Source: Candidatus Saccharimonadales bacterium
GTDB lineage: Bacteria; Patescibacteriota; Saccharimonadia; Saccharimonadales; JANWIN01
Assembly: GCA_025449905.1 (NCBI GenBank)
Contig: JANWIN010000012.1
Coordinates: 109,318-173,317, forward strand
DNA length: 64,000 bases
Direction: 5' to 3'
How positions within the stretch are numbered: the stretch's first letter is position 1; each line of letters begins with the position of its first letter. Below the pieces are notes generated by a model that saw only the letters and a list, made by a program, of their open reading frames with translations, had not been told where the DNA came from and ran no database searches. Shown one piece after another: positions 35,437 through 44,200 of this stretch. The position numbers were made by a program, and so were the translations under genes.

Positions 35437-36693
35437 ATGCTAAAACGCACACTTTCTAAAGCTAAAAGATTTGTTTTACGCGATAAGCCGGGCCTCTACG
35501 TTGAAGACGTGCAAGAGGCGCGGGAATATATCAATGGCTATTGGTCGCGCCTGAAACGCTTTCACCCAAAGGACGATGAAACGCTGCTGGGTTTGCCGTA
35601 TCCCTATTTAGTTCCAGCTTATGAACAAGACCACGAGTTCGATTTTAAAGAGATGTACTATTGGGATAGTTACTTTACGATTCAGGGGATGCTGGATGAG
35701 AAGCATAAAGAACTGGTCATGGGAATTTTAGAGAATCTGCTGCACATGCAGAAAAAATTCCACGCCATTCCTAATGCTTCGCGTACCTATTTAACCGGTC
35801 GTTCACAACCACCGCTGTTAACCAGCTTCATCTTTGATGTGTACGATGCCTATAACCCCGGCAAGCGCTGGCTAAAAAAAGCTATGGATAGGGCCAAGGA
35901 TGAATATCATTCAGTCTGGATGGGCACCGAAAAGCCCAACGCCCGGCTGGTTTATGAAGGCTTGAGCCGTTACTACGACATTAATTACCTGCACGACCTG
36001 GCCGAGGCCGAAAGCGGCTGGGATATGACGCCTCGCTTTGGGCGTAAGGCTATGAATTATGTGCCGGTTGATTTAAACGCTCTGCTTTATAAATATGAAG
36101 TGGATTTTGCTCGAACGGCTCAAATTTTAGGTGACGAGCAAGAAGCCAGCAAATGGCAGGCGGCTTCGCGCCGGCGCCAAAAAAATATGGATAGTTTAAT
36201 GTGGAGCCAAACCCGCAACCTCTATTACGATTATAATTTTGTCAAAACCCGCAAGTCAGCCGTAGCATCGTTAGCTAGCTACTACCCAATGTGGGCCGGT
36301 ATGGTTGATAAAAAAAGAGCTGCTGAATTAGTCAGGAGTCTTAAAAAGTTTGAGCAAAAAGGCGGTCTTAGTGCGACTGACGCGACCCAACTTGGCCAAC
36401 TTGTACCAGGCAGTGTGCCTACTCAATGGGCCTATCCAAATGGCTGGGCGCCGCTGCACTTTATCGTTATACAGGGACTTCGCCGTTATGGTTATGATGA
36501 CGTGGCTCGGCGCATAGCCCTTAAATGGCTTAAGACCAATAACAACTGGTTCAAAAAAGACCACGTCTTTCTGGAAAAGTACAATGTTGTCCAACCTGAC
36601 AAACCACCAGTCAAAGGACTTTATCCGTCACAAACCGGTTTTGGTTGGACTAATGCTATCTTTGAACGTTTCTGCCGCGATTTTCTGGACTAA
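35437..36693 (+). CDS. alpha,alpha-trehalase (GH37)
   Basis: YYWDSYF, RSQPPLL and QWAYPNGWAPLH correspond to the two GH37 trehalase signature regions. Confidence 0.8.
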   Translation: MLKRTLSKAKRFVLRDKPGLYVEDVQEAREYINGYWSRLKRFHPKDDETLLGLPYPYLVPAYEQDHEFDFKEMYYWDSYFTIQGMLDEKHKELVMGILENLLHMQKKFHAIPNASRTYLTGRSQPPLLTSFIFDVYDAYNPGKRWLKKAMDRAKDEYHSVWMGTEKPNARLVYEGLSRYYDINYLHDLAEAESGWDMTPRFGRKAMNYVPVDLNALLYKYEVDFARTAQILGDEQEASKWQAASRRRQKNMDSLMWSQTRNLYYDYNFVKTRKSAVASLASYYPMWAGMVDKKRAAELVRSLKKFEQKGGLSATDATQLGQLVPGSVPTQWAYPNGWAPLHFIVIQGLRRYGYDDVARRIALKWLKTNNNWFKKDHVFLEKYNVVQPDKPPVKGLYPSQTGFGWTNAIFERFCRDFLD

Positions 36694-36746
36694 TTTTGTA
36701 GTATACTTGGCTTATATAAATAGCGGGTGGAGAAAAGCGAGGGTAA

Positions 36747-37520
36747 ATGGCCATAAAGTCATTAGAAGAAATTAATGCTCCACAAGATAGAATCATAGGT
36801 GCTTTTGATCAGGACTCATGGGCAGAAGCCAGAGCTGGAATGGCTGAATATGGAAGTTATATTGGCTTAGGAAAAACAAACTCACTTTGTGATGAATTAG
36901 GTGTACCCGCTACTGTTAAAGAGCTGGCTAAATTCAACTTGCTTTCAATGATAGATCTGAAGGTTTACGATATTGACGACACAAATAGAAGGCGAACAAG
37001 AGTCGCTACATCAGCTGGGGCCTCAATGGTTACTTTGCATGCATCCAACTCAACTAAGGCCCTAAAGGATGCTGTTAAGGGAGTTGAGGAAGCAATGGCA
37101 TTGGACTCAACCTTGGCTAAACCTTGGCTATTGGGCGTAACTGTTTTAACCTCAATAAGAGATGATGGTGAAGAAACTTGCGAAAGTATATTTGGAGGCG
37201 ACAGAATGACAAAAGTCAGACAATTTGCTCACAAGGCTGCTGATGCTGGATTTGATGGAGTTGTTTGCTCTCCACAAGAAGCAGAAATGGTCAGAGACGA
37301 TAAGTATACAGAACATATGAAACTAGTTTTACCGGCGATCAGGCCGGTCTATGCCGTGAAGCCTGATGAGCAAGCAACTGCTACAACACCAAAAATTGCA
37401 ATAGAAGCCGGTGGTGACTTTTTGGTGGTCGGACGTCCATTAATTAAATCATATGATTATCATTTAACAGGTATTGAGGCAGCTCAAATAATCGCTCAAG
37501 AAATTGCGGAGGCAGCATAA
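36747..37520 (+). CDS. pyrF: orotidine-5'-phosphate decarboxylase
   Basis: IDLKVYDIDDT (the DxKxxDI motif), TLHAS, and a C-terminal VVGRPL phosphate-binding loop. Confidence 0.7.
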   Translation: MAIKSLEEINAPQDRIIGAFDQDSWAEARAGMAEYGSYIGLGKTNSLCDELGVPATVKELAKFNLLSMIDLKVYDIDDTNRRRTRVATSAGASMVTLHASNSTKALKDAVKGVEEAMALDSTLAKPWLLGVTVLTSIRDDGEETCESIFGGDRMTKVRQFAHKAADAGFDGVVCSPQEAEMVRDDKYTEHMKLVLPAIRPVYAVKPDEQATATTPKIAIEAGGDFLVVGRPLIKSYDYHLTGIEAAQIIAQEIAEAA

Positions 37521-38200
37521 TGGCAGAATACGAACATCTAGAAGAGCTAACCATCGGCTTATTTGATCGTGGTGAGCTAGGCTATGCTCAGACAGAGGAT
37601 GAATTCATACAATTGAAGTCCGGAAGATGGTCGCCAAACTTTTTTAATGGCAGAGGCATCATGTCTTTTTCGCCTAAATTAGAAATGCCCATTACGGCTC
37701 AAAAAAGATTGGCTAGACTTACGGTTGAGGGCTATGCTCATGGGCTTGACCAAGCAAAAAATCCCCTCGACCACATGATAAATTTGCCTCAGGCGGTTAA
37801 TCCGATTGTGGGTGCAGTCGCATTATTAAGCGGTAGGTCTTTGTTATATCTCAGGACACCTGAAGGTGAAAAAGGATATGGAAAACATTCCCCGATCGAG
37901 GGAGAGTACTCGGATGGAGACTCAGTTGCTGGCATTGATAATGTAATTAGCGACGGTGCAACTAAAAAAGAAGTTACGGAGCCCATTGAAGGAGCTGGAT
38001 TAGAACTTCCTGAATTTATTGTGCTTCTTAATAGGGAAGAGGGTGGGGAAGCGGCCCTAAAAAAACGCGGTTATGACTTAACATCTGTGGTTGGTATGGG
38101 TTTAGCAACCCAAATATTGTTCGATGCTGGCAGGATTCAACATCAACAGGCAGAGTGGTCATTTACTTATATTGATAGATACGACGTGCCTGTAGAATAG
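37520..38200 (+). CDS. pyrE: orotate phosphoribosyltransferase-like protein
   Basis: FIQLKSGRWSPNFFN resembles F.LKSGR.SP.YFN of OPRTase, and the PRPP loop is GIDNVISDGATK. The start overlaps the pyrF stop. Confidence 0.55.
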   Translation: MAEYEHLEELTIGLFDRGELGYAQTEDEFIQLKSGRWSPNFFNGRGIMSFSPKLEMPITAQKRLARLTVEGYAHGLDQAKNPLDHMINLPQAVNPIVGAVALLSGRSLLYLRTPEGEKGYGKHSPIEGEYSDGDSVAGIDNVISDGATKKEVTEPIEGAGLELPEFIVLLNREEGGEAALKKRGYDLTSVVGMGLATQILFDAGRIQHQQAEWSFTYIDRYDVPVE

Positions 38201-38204
38201 AGCA

Positions 38205-38732
38205 GTGGCTAAACAAAGTGCGGGAATTTTGGTTTATCGAAAGAAAAATGACGGGGTTGAAGTATTTTTAGTTCACGCCGGTGGGCCATTTTGGGCCAAG
38301 AAAGACGATTATGCTTGGTCCATGCCAAAAGGTGAGTATCAAGATGACGAAAATCCTTTTGAGGTCGCTAAACGTGAATTTGAAGAAGAAATTGGTCAGC
38401 CTGCCCCTGACGGCAAGTATGATGAGCTTGGCGAGGTTAAGCTTAAGAGCAGCAAAGTTGTGACTTGTTGGACGGTAGAAAAAGATCTGGGTGAAGTAGA
38501 AGTCAAAAGCAATACTTTCACCCTGGAGTGGCCGCCAAAATCTGGGAAAATCCAGAAATTTCCCGAAGTTGACCGCGGCCAATGGTATAATCTTTCAACC
38601 GCTAGCCGAAAAATTCACCCAGGCCTGGGTGAATTTCTAAAACGCTTGGCCAAAAAACTTAATACTTCCTATAAAGATCAAAGCGATTATGGAGAGCGCA
38701 AGCTGAGCGACAAGCAAATCTCCCTGTTATAA
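38205..38732 (+). CDS. NUDIX hydrolase
   Basis: The Nudix box GEYQDDENPFEVAKREFEEEIG fits GX5EX7REUXEEXGU. GTG start. Confidence 0.75.
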   Translation: MAKQSAGILVYRKKNDGVEVFLVHAGGPFWAKKDDYAWSMPKGEYQDDENPFEVAKREFEEEIGQPAPDGKYDELGEVKLKSSKVVTCWTVEKDLGEVEVKSNTFTLEWPPKSGKIQKFPEVDRGQWYNLSTASRKIHPGLGEFLKRLAKKLNTSYKDQSDYGERKLSDKQISLL

Positions 38733-38739
38733 TACTCGA

Positions 38740-40197
38740 GTGAATTACTTTATTACGACTTCAATACCCTATGTTAATGGCGACCCGCACATTGGCCATG
38801 CCCTTGAGTTTGTAATGAGTGATGTTTTAGCACGCGCTGCCCGCCAGCGCGGCACGCCAACCATTTTCAGCACCGGCACTGATGAACACGGCAGCAAGGT
38901 TGCCGAAAAGGCTGCCGAGCTCAAGGTAGAACCCAAAGCCTTTACCGATCAAGTTAGCGCTAAATTTAAAGAAGTACTGAGCTTACTCAACATAAGTAAC
39001 GACCGCTTTATTCGAACTACCGATCCGGCCCACGAACAACGGGCCCAAATTATTTGGAAAAACCTAAGTGCTGATATCTATAAAGGTAAATACTCCGGCC
39101 TGTATTGCACCGGCTGCGAGGCTTTTGTAACCGAGGCCGTGGCGAAGGAAAACAAGGGTGTTTGCCCGCATCATAATCAACCCTATCAAAAGATAGAGGA
39201 AGAAAACTACTTTTTTAAACTGTCCAAATATGCACCTCAGATTCAACAAGCCATTGAGACCGATAGTTTTAAGATTTATCCCGATACCCGAAAACACGAA
39301 ATTTTGCAGGTTATAAAGAAGGGACTGGAAGATATCAGCATTTCGCGCCCCAAGCAATCAATAAGCTGGGGCATACCGGTGCCTGGCGATGAAACACAGG
39401 TTATGTATGTTTGGTTTGAGGCCCTAATGAACTACTTGACAGTGCTGGGCTATCCAGAGAATAAAGACTTTAAAGACTATTGGCCAGCGAATGTACAGGT
39501 GATTGGCAAGGATATCCTGCGCTTTCATGCAGCTATCTGGCCGGGTATGCTGTTGGCGCTCAAATTGCCCCTGCCTGAGCTGCTGTTTGTCCATGGCTTT
39601 GTAAATGTTGAAGGCAAAAAGATGAGTAAAAGTCTAGGCAATGTGATTGCACCGGCCGAAGTAGCTAAACGTTATGGCACAGATGCCTTTCGTTATTACT
39701 TCCTACGGCATATTCCCTCCTATAACGATGGTGATTTTAGCTGGAAAAAACTCGACGCCGCTTATAACAATGAACTAGCTGATGAATTAGGTAACACTGT
39801 TCAGCGCACCGCAGCAATGGTTACTCAATATCAAAACGGCATTATCGGTGAAATCCCGCCGCCAGAGCACGACGTGTCCTCATATCAAGAGGCTCTAGCG
39901 GTTTGTCACTTTGACAAGGCTTTAGATGAAGTCTGGCAACAAATCCGGGGCCTTAACCAGTATATTGACGAGCAAAAACCTTGGCTGGTGGCTAAAAGTC
40001 ATGATGAAGAACATCTTAAAGAAGTTCTAGCTTACCAAGTCAGCAGTCTGCTAGAAATTGGTGAGCTCCTTGAGCCGTTTTTACCCGATACGGCTAGCAA
40101 AATTAAGGCCATTTTCTCTACCGGTGTTATCCGTCCGACTAAAGGCACTCTATTTCCCAAGGCTCAAACCCAAAAAGCTTCTAGACCTTCTGCTTAG
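38740..40197 (+). CDS. metG: methionine--tRNA ligase (short form)
   Basis: The HIGH motif PHIGHALE, KMSKS as KKMSKSLGN, and a CxxC...CPHH knuckle. GTG start. Confidence 0.9.
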   Translation: MNYFITTSIPYVNGDPHIGHALEFVMSDVLARAARQRGTPTIFSTGTDEHGSKVAEKAAELKVEPKAFTDQVSAKFKEVLSLLNISNDRFIRTTDPAHEQRAQIIWKNLSADIYKGKYSGLYCTGCEAFVTEAVAKENKGVCPHHNQPYQKIEEENYFFKLSKYAPQIQQAIETDSFKIYPDTRKHEILQVIKKGLEDISISRPKQSISWGIPVPGDETQVMYVWFEALMNYLTVLGYPENKDFKDYWPANVQVIGKDILRFHAAIWPGMLLALKLPLPELLFVHGFVNVEGKKMSKSLGNVIAPAEVAKRYGTDAFRYYFLRHIPSYNDGDFSWKKLDAAYNNELADELGNTVQRTAAMVTQYQNGIIGEIPPPEHDVSSYQEALAVCHFDKALDEVWQQIRGLNQYIDEQKPWLVAKSHDEEHLKEVLAYQVSSLLEIGELLEPFLPDTASKIKAIFSTGVIRPTKGTLFPKAQTQKASRPSA

Positions 40198-40303
40198 GCT
40201 TCTCTCCGTAAACTACATAGCCGCCAATTTCTTTAAACGGCTTATAGCTATAGATCTTAGCTTTACCCTTAAATTTAGTTTTTTTTCGTAGGATTGCATT
40301 CAT
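40181..40303 (-). CDS. candidate small basic protein (40 aa), second gene of the small-ORF cassette
   Basis: Hand-translated as MNAILRKKTKFKGKAKIYSYKPFKEIGGYVVYGEKPKQKV. The ATG lies 1 nt after the upstream ORF stop (TAAAATG). It overlaps the metG 3' end by 17 nt on the opposite strand. Confidence 0.3.
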   Translation of the reverse strand: MNAILRKKTKFKGKAKIYSYKPFKEIGGYVVYGEKPKQKV

Positions 40304-40304
40304 T

Positions 40305-40484
40305 TTAAATGTGTGTCGACTCCTTGTGAGGAAAAGTTAGCATTGCTGGCACCGCTCGCCGCCTGGTAATCTCTTTATAACGCACAGTTTTGTCCGCATC
40401 GTATAAAGATTTGATGAAAGTGTTTGTTTGTTCAAAACTTTTAAGCTGGAGCTTTTTCCGCCTTATTGTTCCTACACTATTCAT
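40305..40484 (-). CDS. candidate small basic protein (59 aa), possible DNA-binding protein
   Basis: Hand-translated as MNSVGTIRRKKLQLKSFEQTNTFIKSLYDADKTVRYKEITRRRAVPAMLTFPHKESTHI. A strong SD GAGGGGG lies 5 nt upstream of the ATG. The ORF is 1 aa below the track cutoff. Confidence 0.45.
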   Translation of the reverse strand: MNSVGTIRRKKLQLKSFEQTNTFIKSLYDADKTVRYKEITRRRAVPAMLTFPHKESTHI

Positions 40485-40521
40485 TTTTACCCCCTCACTT
40501 ATTGTTAACCTTACACTAAGT

Positions 40522-40558
40522 ACTATAAACGGTCTGTTCGTGTGAAGTCAACACGAAC
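40522..40558 (-). promoter_or_regulatory. minus-strand promoter TTGACT-N18-TATAGT with a palindrome over the -35
   Basis: The -35 is the reverse complement of 40546-40551 and the -10 the reverse complement of 40522-40527. The palindrome GTTCGTGT-gaagtca-ACACGAAC spans 40536-40558. Confidence 0.45.
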
Positions 40559-40570
40559 TACTAAAATTGC

Positions 40571-40579
40571 TGTGGATAA
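40571..40579 (-). promoter_or_regulatory. perfect DnaA-box 9-mer (TTATCCACA on the minus strand)
   Basis: The + strand reads TGTGGATAA. It lies between the NrtR-like gene stop and the small-ORF cassette promoter. Confidence 0.3.
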
Positions 40580-40606
40580 CCTTGATTCAAATCTGTAAAA
40601 TAGGGT

Positions 40607-41299
40607 CTACAAGGCTTCGTCAAAACTACGCGACAAATATTCTATGCCATGCTTGTTAAAGCGGTATAACTTAGCTGGACGGTGAGCGCCGTTCATATGA
40701 TACTCGTTGGTAGGCTTAATTAAGTCTAAGCTTAAATACTTCTTTCGAAAGTTGCGCTTATCTAATTTTCTACCCAGTATTGCCTCGTATGCTTCTTGTA
40801 AACGGCTTAGTGTAAAAAGACGAGGTAAGAGGGCAAAGGTAATGTTTGAATACAATATTTTAGAAGCCAGTCTATCTTTGGCGTGCTCAATAATTAGGTT
40901 GTGATCAAAAGCCAGCTGGGGTATGTCATTAACGGGAAAAAATTGCGGATTCCAAGTTGACTTACTGGCCTTAGGTACGAGGTTACGCGATAAACCTAAG
41001 TAAGCAAGTGTGACTGCCGGTCCTCTGGGGTCTCTGTCTGTATTATCAAAGGTATAAAGCTGCTCTATAAGCTCAAGTCTTTCGGTTTTTATGCCGGCTT
41101 TTTCAAAAAGTGAACGGCTTATGGCCTGACTGGCGGTTTCACCAACAGGATTATGGCCTCCGGGAAGAGCCCATTTGCCCTCATACGGATCTCGGGCCCG
41201 TTTTACTAACAAAACCGACAGCTCGTTATCAATTAATTGAAATATAACAACGTCAACAAACACGTTAGGAGATACAAGCTCGTCATCTAGCTTTTGCAT
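40607..41299 (-). CDS. NrtR-like protein (NUDIX domain fused to C-terminal winged-helix domain)
   Basis: The Nudix-like region is ALPGGHNPVGETASQAISRSLFEKAGI. The C-terminal FTLSRLQEAYEAILGRKLDKRNFRKK...PAKLYRFN matches the NrtR wHTH pattern. Confidence 0.7.
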   Translation of the reverse strand: MQKLDDELVSPNVFVDVVIFQLIDNELSVLLVKRARDPYEGKWALPGGHNPVGETASQAISRSLFEKAGIKTERLELIEQLYTFDNTDRDPRGPAVTLAYLGLSRNLVPKASKSTWNPQFFPVNDIPQLAFDHNLIIEHAKDRLASKILYSNITFALLPRLFTLSRLQEAYEAILGRKLDKRNFRKKYLSLDLIKPTNEYHMNGAHRPAKLYRFNKHGIEYLSRSFDEAL

Positions 41300-41384
41300 T
41301 ATTGTATACTCTACATTAACTGTATTGCTTTTAAAAGTACTTAAGCTTACATAGAAAGTACAGGCATGTGTAGAATGTATAAGT

Positions 41385-42188
41385 ATGGAATTAATTGATA
41401 CTCACTGTCACATACATTTTCCCGATTACGAATTGGACCCGGATGAAGTTATAAAGTCTGCAGTCAAAGAGGGTGTTAAAGAATTGCTGTGTGTTGGTTG
41501 CACAGTTCATGACAGCCAGCGAGCAATCGAATTCGCGGCAAAACATCCTAATATCTGGGCTAGTGTTGGCATGCACCCCCACGAAGGTGCGGTTTATGTT
41601 AATGACACGGCTGCGCTGCAATTATTCCGTGAGCTAGCCACTAAGCCGAAAGTTGTGGCAATTGGCGAAACTGGGCTGGACTACCACTACATGCACTCAC
41701 CGAAGGAAGATCAAAAAAAACTGTTTCGCTTTCAACTTGATCTAGCAATAGAGCACAGTTTACCGCTTATTTTTCACGTACGCGACCCACAGCCCATGCA
41801 CTCAAAGGCTGGACTATCGGCTTTTGACGATTTTTTTGACATTCTGGACCAATACAAAGGCATCAAGGGCGTGGTCCATAGTTTTACGGCCGATAAAGCC
41901 GCTCTTGATAAAATTCTGGCCCGCGAGCTTTATGTAGGCATTAACGGCATCGTCACCTTCGCTAAAGACGCTGAACTCCTCGAAACGGTCAAGATAATAC
42001 CCTTGAATCGCTTATTACTAGAAACTGACGCCCCCTTCTTGACGCCTGCGCCCTTTCGTGGTAAAGTGTGTGAGCCTAAATATGTGAGAGTAGTAGCGGA
42101 GTTTATGGCAAAACTTCGGGGGGAATCCATCGAAACTCTTGCCGGGGCCACGAGCAATAACGCTCGGGCTCTTTTTAATCTAAGGTGA
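41385..42188 (+). CDS. tatD: TatD-family metal-dependent hydrolase/DNase
   Basis: LIDTHCHI, GETGLDY, and HSF...ETDAPFL are characteristic TatD motifs. Confidence 0.85.
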   Translation: MELIDTHCHIHFPDYELDPDEVIKSAVKEGVKELLCVGCTVHDSQRAIEFAAKHPNIWASVGMHPHEGAVYVNDTAALQLFRELATKPKVVAIGETGLDYHYMHSPKEDQKKLFRFQLDLAIEHSLPLIFHVRDPQPMHSKAGLSAFDDFFDILDQYKGIKGVVHSFTADKAALDKILARELYVGINGIVTFAKDAELLETVKIIPLNRLLLETDAPFLTPAPFRGKVCEPKYVRVVAEFMAKLRGESIETLAGATSNNARALFNLR

Positions 42189-42195
42189 AATAATA

Positions 42196-42510
42196 ATGAA
42201 CCAACAACTACCAGCAATGAACGATGTCCAGAAGAGAATGGTGACATTATCTATCGGTGTAGACCGAAAAACTACCATTAAAGCTTCGGTTTTATACATT
42301 GGTGACAGCGTTGTGGCTAGCAATAAACATAGCGAAGTCACGAGCGCAAAAGAAGTATCAGAGCAAGCTCCAGCAGTTGAGGCTAAAAAACTGACTTCAG
42401 AGCCTGAATTGATCGAGGCGGAGGAAGTCAGCATCCAAGAGAAACAGGCGCGGAGCGCAGTTTTTGAATCATTTAACGTAGGGAATCAAAATGTTCAAGA
42501 AGCCGTTTGA
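42196..42510 (+). CDS. hypothetical protein
   Basis: From the ORF track only (104 aa). It overlaps the next ORF by 20 nt. Confidence 0.4.
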   Translation: MNQQLPAMNDVQKRMVTLSIGVDRKTTIKASVLYIGDSVVASNKHSEVTSAKEVSEQAPAVEAKKLTSEPELIEAEEVSIQEKQARSAVFESFNVGNQNVQEAV

Positions 42511-42859
42511 TAAAATTATTTCGCAAAATCTAGAGAGAAAACGAACAAAGCTCTACCAAGCATATCTGAAGACCGAAGCTAAAGCTGGCGGCTATTTATT
42601 TGGCCAAGTACCACGAGGGATTCAACGAGAATTTTACTGCTTAGATGAGCAGAATTGGGTATGGCGCGAGCGCTGGTTGGACATGGACGGCCAAGTTCAG
42701 GTACACACCACCGAGTATCTTATTAAACAGGACGGCATCTTTAAATCTGAAAATAAAGCAGACTACCAGCGCGTAAGTAAAGATGAAGCCGAAAGTCTTT
42801 ACGATGCGGCTAAAGCGTACGAACAGACAATTGGCCAAGAAATCTACAACTTCGTCTAG
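42491..42859 (+). CDS. hypothetical protein
   Basis: From the ORF track only (122 aa, Trp/Tyr-rich). Confidence 0.45.
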   Translation: MFKKPFDKIISQNLERKRTKLYQAYLKTEAKAGGYLFGQVPRGIQREFYCLDEQNWVWRERWLDMDGQVQVHTTEYLIKQDGIFKSENKADYQRVSKDEAESLYDAAKAYEQTIGQEIYNFV

Positions 42860-42916
42860 AGAATTGTCGTCGCACGTAAACCTGCCAAATAGTAAAGCTA
42901 TTTGCACTGTTTCCTG

Positions 42917-43019
42917 CTCTTGGCGGACTGCGGTGTTGCAGGCTCCACTACTCGTTCATCGTATTTTATATACGACTCGCTCCGTTGCTCACCTGCGCCT
43001 TGCATTCCACTCAAGCGCC
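42917..43019 (+). repeat. copy B of the ~103-nt intergenic element family
   Basis: Alignable with copies A and C. The hairpin is TCGTAT-tttat-ATACGA. A TAAAAT box at 43039-43044 lies 10 nt upstream of the ATG at 43055. Confidence 0.6.
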
Positions 43020-43054
43020 AATCCTATAGATAGATTGCTAAAATAGGAAAGATA

Positions 43055-44200
43055 ATGGGAAAAATAATATATCTTGATCACGCTGCAGCTACTCCGGTTG
43101 ATCCGCGGGTTATGGCAGTAATGCAGCCGTATTTTTCTGAGGATTTTTATAATCCCTCAGCTATTTACTTAGCGGCTAAAAAAGTAAAAAAAGATATAGA
43201 AGCCTCCCGAGCTAAAGTTGCTGCTTGGATGGGTGCTCGCCCCAGTGAAATAACTTTTACGGCTGGCGGTACTGAGGCTAACAACCTGGCAATTAAAGGC
43301 GTCATGAGCCAGTTTCTGGCTGCAAACATTGTTATTAGCGAAATTGAGCATGAATCTGTCTTAAAACCGGCTCAGCAGCATAAATATAAAGTTGTTGGCG
43401 TAAAGCAGGATGGCTTAATTGATTTAGATAAGCTCGAGGCGTCAATAGACAGCAAAACGGTCCTAGTTAGTGTCATGCTGGCCAACAATGAAATTGGCAC
43501 GATTCAGCCCATCCGCAAAATCGGCCAACTGCTGGAAAAGCTAAGACAAGAACGTCTAACTAAAGGCAATAAAACCCCACTCTATTTTCACACCGATGCC
43601 TGCCAAGCCGCTAATTATATTGACTTGCACGCTAATCGCTTGGGGGTGGATTTGATGACAATTAACGGGGGTAAAATCTATGGCCCAAAACAGAGCGGCG
43701 CACTATTTATCAGAACCGGTACTAATTTAAAGCCGCAGATCTTGGGTGGCGGGCAAGAATCAGGTGTTAGATCTGGCACCGAAAATGTTGCCGGAATAAT
43801 TGGTTTGTCAAAAGCTCTGGATTTAGTACAGAAAAACCACCACGTCGAAACAGTTCGTTTGCAAAAATTGCAGCAACTCTTTTTTGAGCTTATTAATAAA
43901 CAAATGCCTCCTGCCCAAATTGTCGGCTCAGTCAAAAATCGGTTACCCAACAATGTCCATATCACTATTGCTGGCCAAGATAACGAACGACTAATTATGG
44001 AGCTCGATGAGCGTGGCGTTTTGTGTGCCGCCGGTTCAGCCTGCAGTGCCAGCAACGAAGATCCTTCACATGTACTTAAAGCCATCGGCTTATCAGATGA
44101 AGAGGCCCAAAGCTCACTGCGCTTTACTATGGGCCAAAGTACCACTGAATCTGATGTTAAACAGACCGTAAAAACTCTGGCTGGACTCGTTAATGGCTAA
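43055..44200 (+). CDS. cysteine desulfurase (NifS/IscS class V aminotransferase)
   Basis: YLDHAATTP, TSGGTE-like FTAGGTEANN, a PLP-Lys region, and the active-site loop GSACSA. Confidence 0.85.
   Translation: MGKIIYLDHAAATPVDPRVMAVMQPYFSEDFYNPSAIYLAAKKVKKDIEASRAKVAAWMGARPSEITFTAGGTEANNLAIKGVMSQFLAANIVISEIEHESVLKPAQQHKYKVVGVKQDGLIDLDKLEASIDSKTVLVSVMLANNEIGTIQPIRKIGQLLEKLRQERLTKGNKTPLYFHTDACQAANYIDLHANRLGVDLMTINGGKIYGPKQSGALFIRTGTNLKPQILGGGQESGVRSGTENVAGIIGLSKALDLVQKNHHVETVRLQKLQQLFFELINKQMPPAQIVGSVKNRLPNNVHITIAGQDNERLIMELDERGVLCAAGSACSASNEDPSHVLKAIGLSDEEAQSSLRFTMGQSTTESDVKQTVKTLAGLVNG

Noticed and set aside
40058-40291. 77-aa plus-strand ORF overlapping the metG 3' end
   Set aside because: It is out of frame with metG and has no RBS. 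The same DNA is better explained by the minus-strand 40-aa ORF coupled to the 59-aa ORF.
42783-43046. 87-aa ORF spanning the end of the 122-aa gene and copy B of the 103-nt element
   Set aside because: For the same reason as above. It is out of frame with the upstream gene and has no SD.
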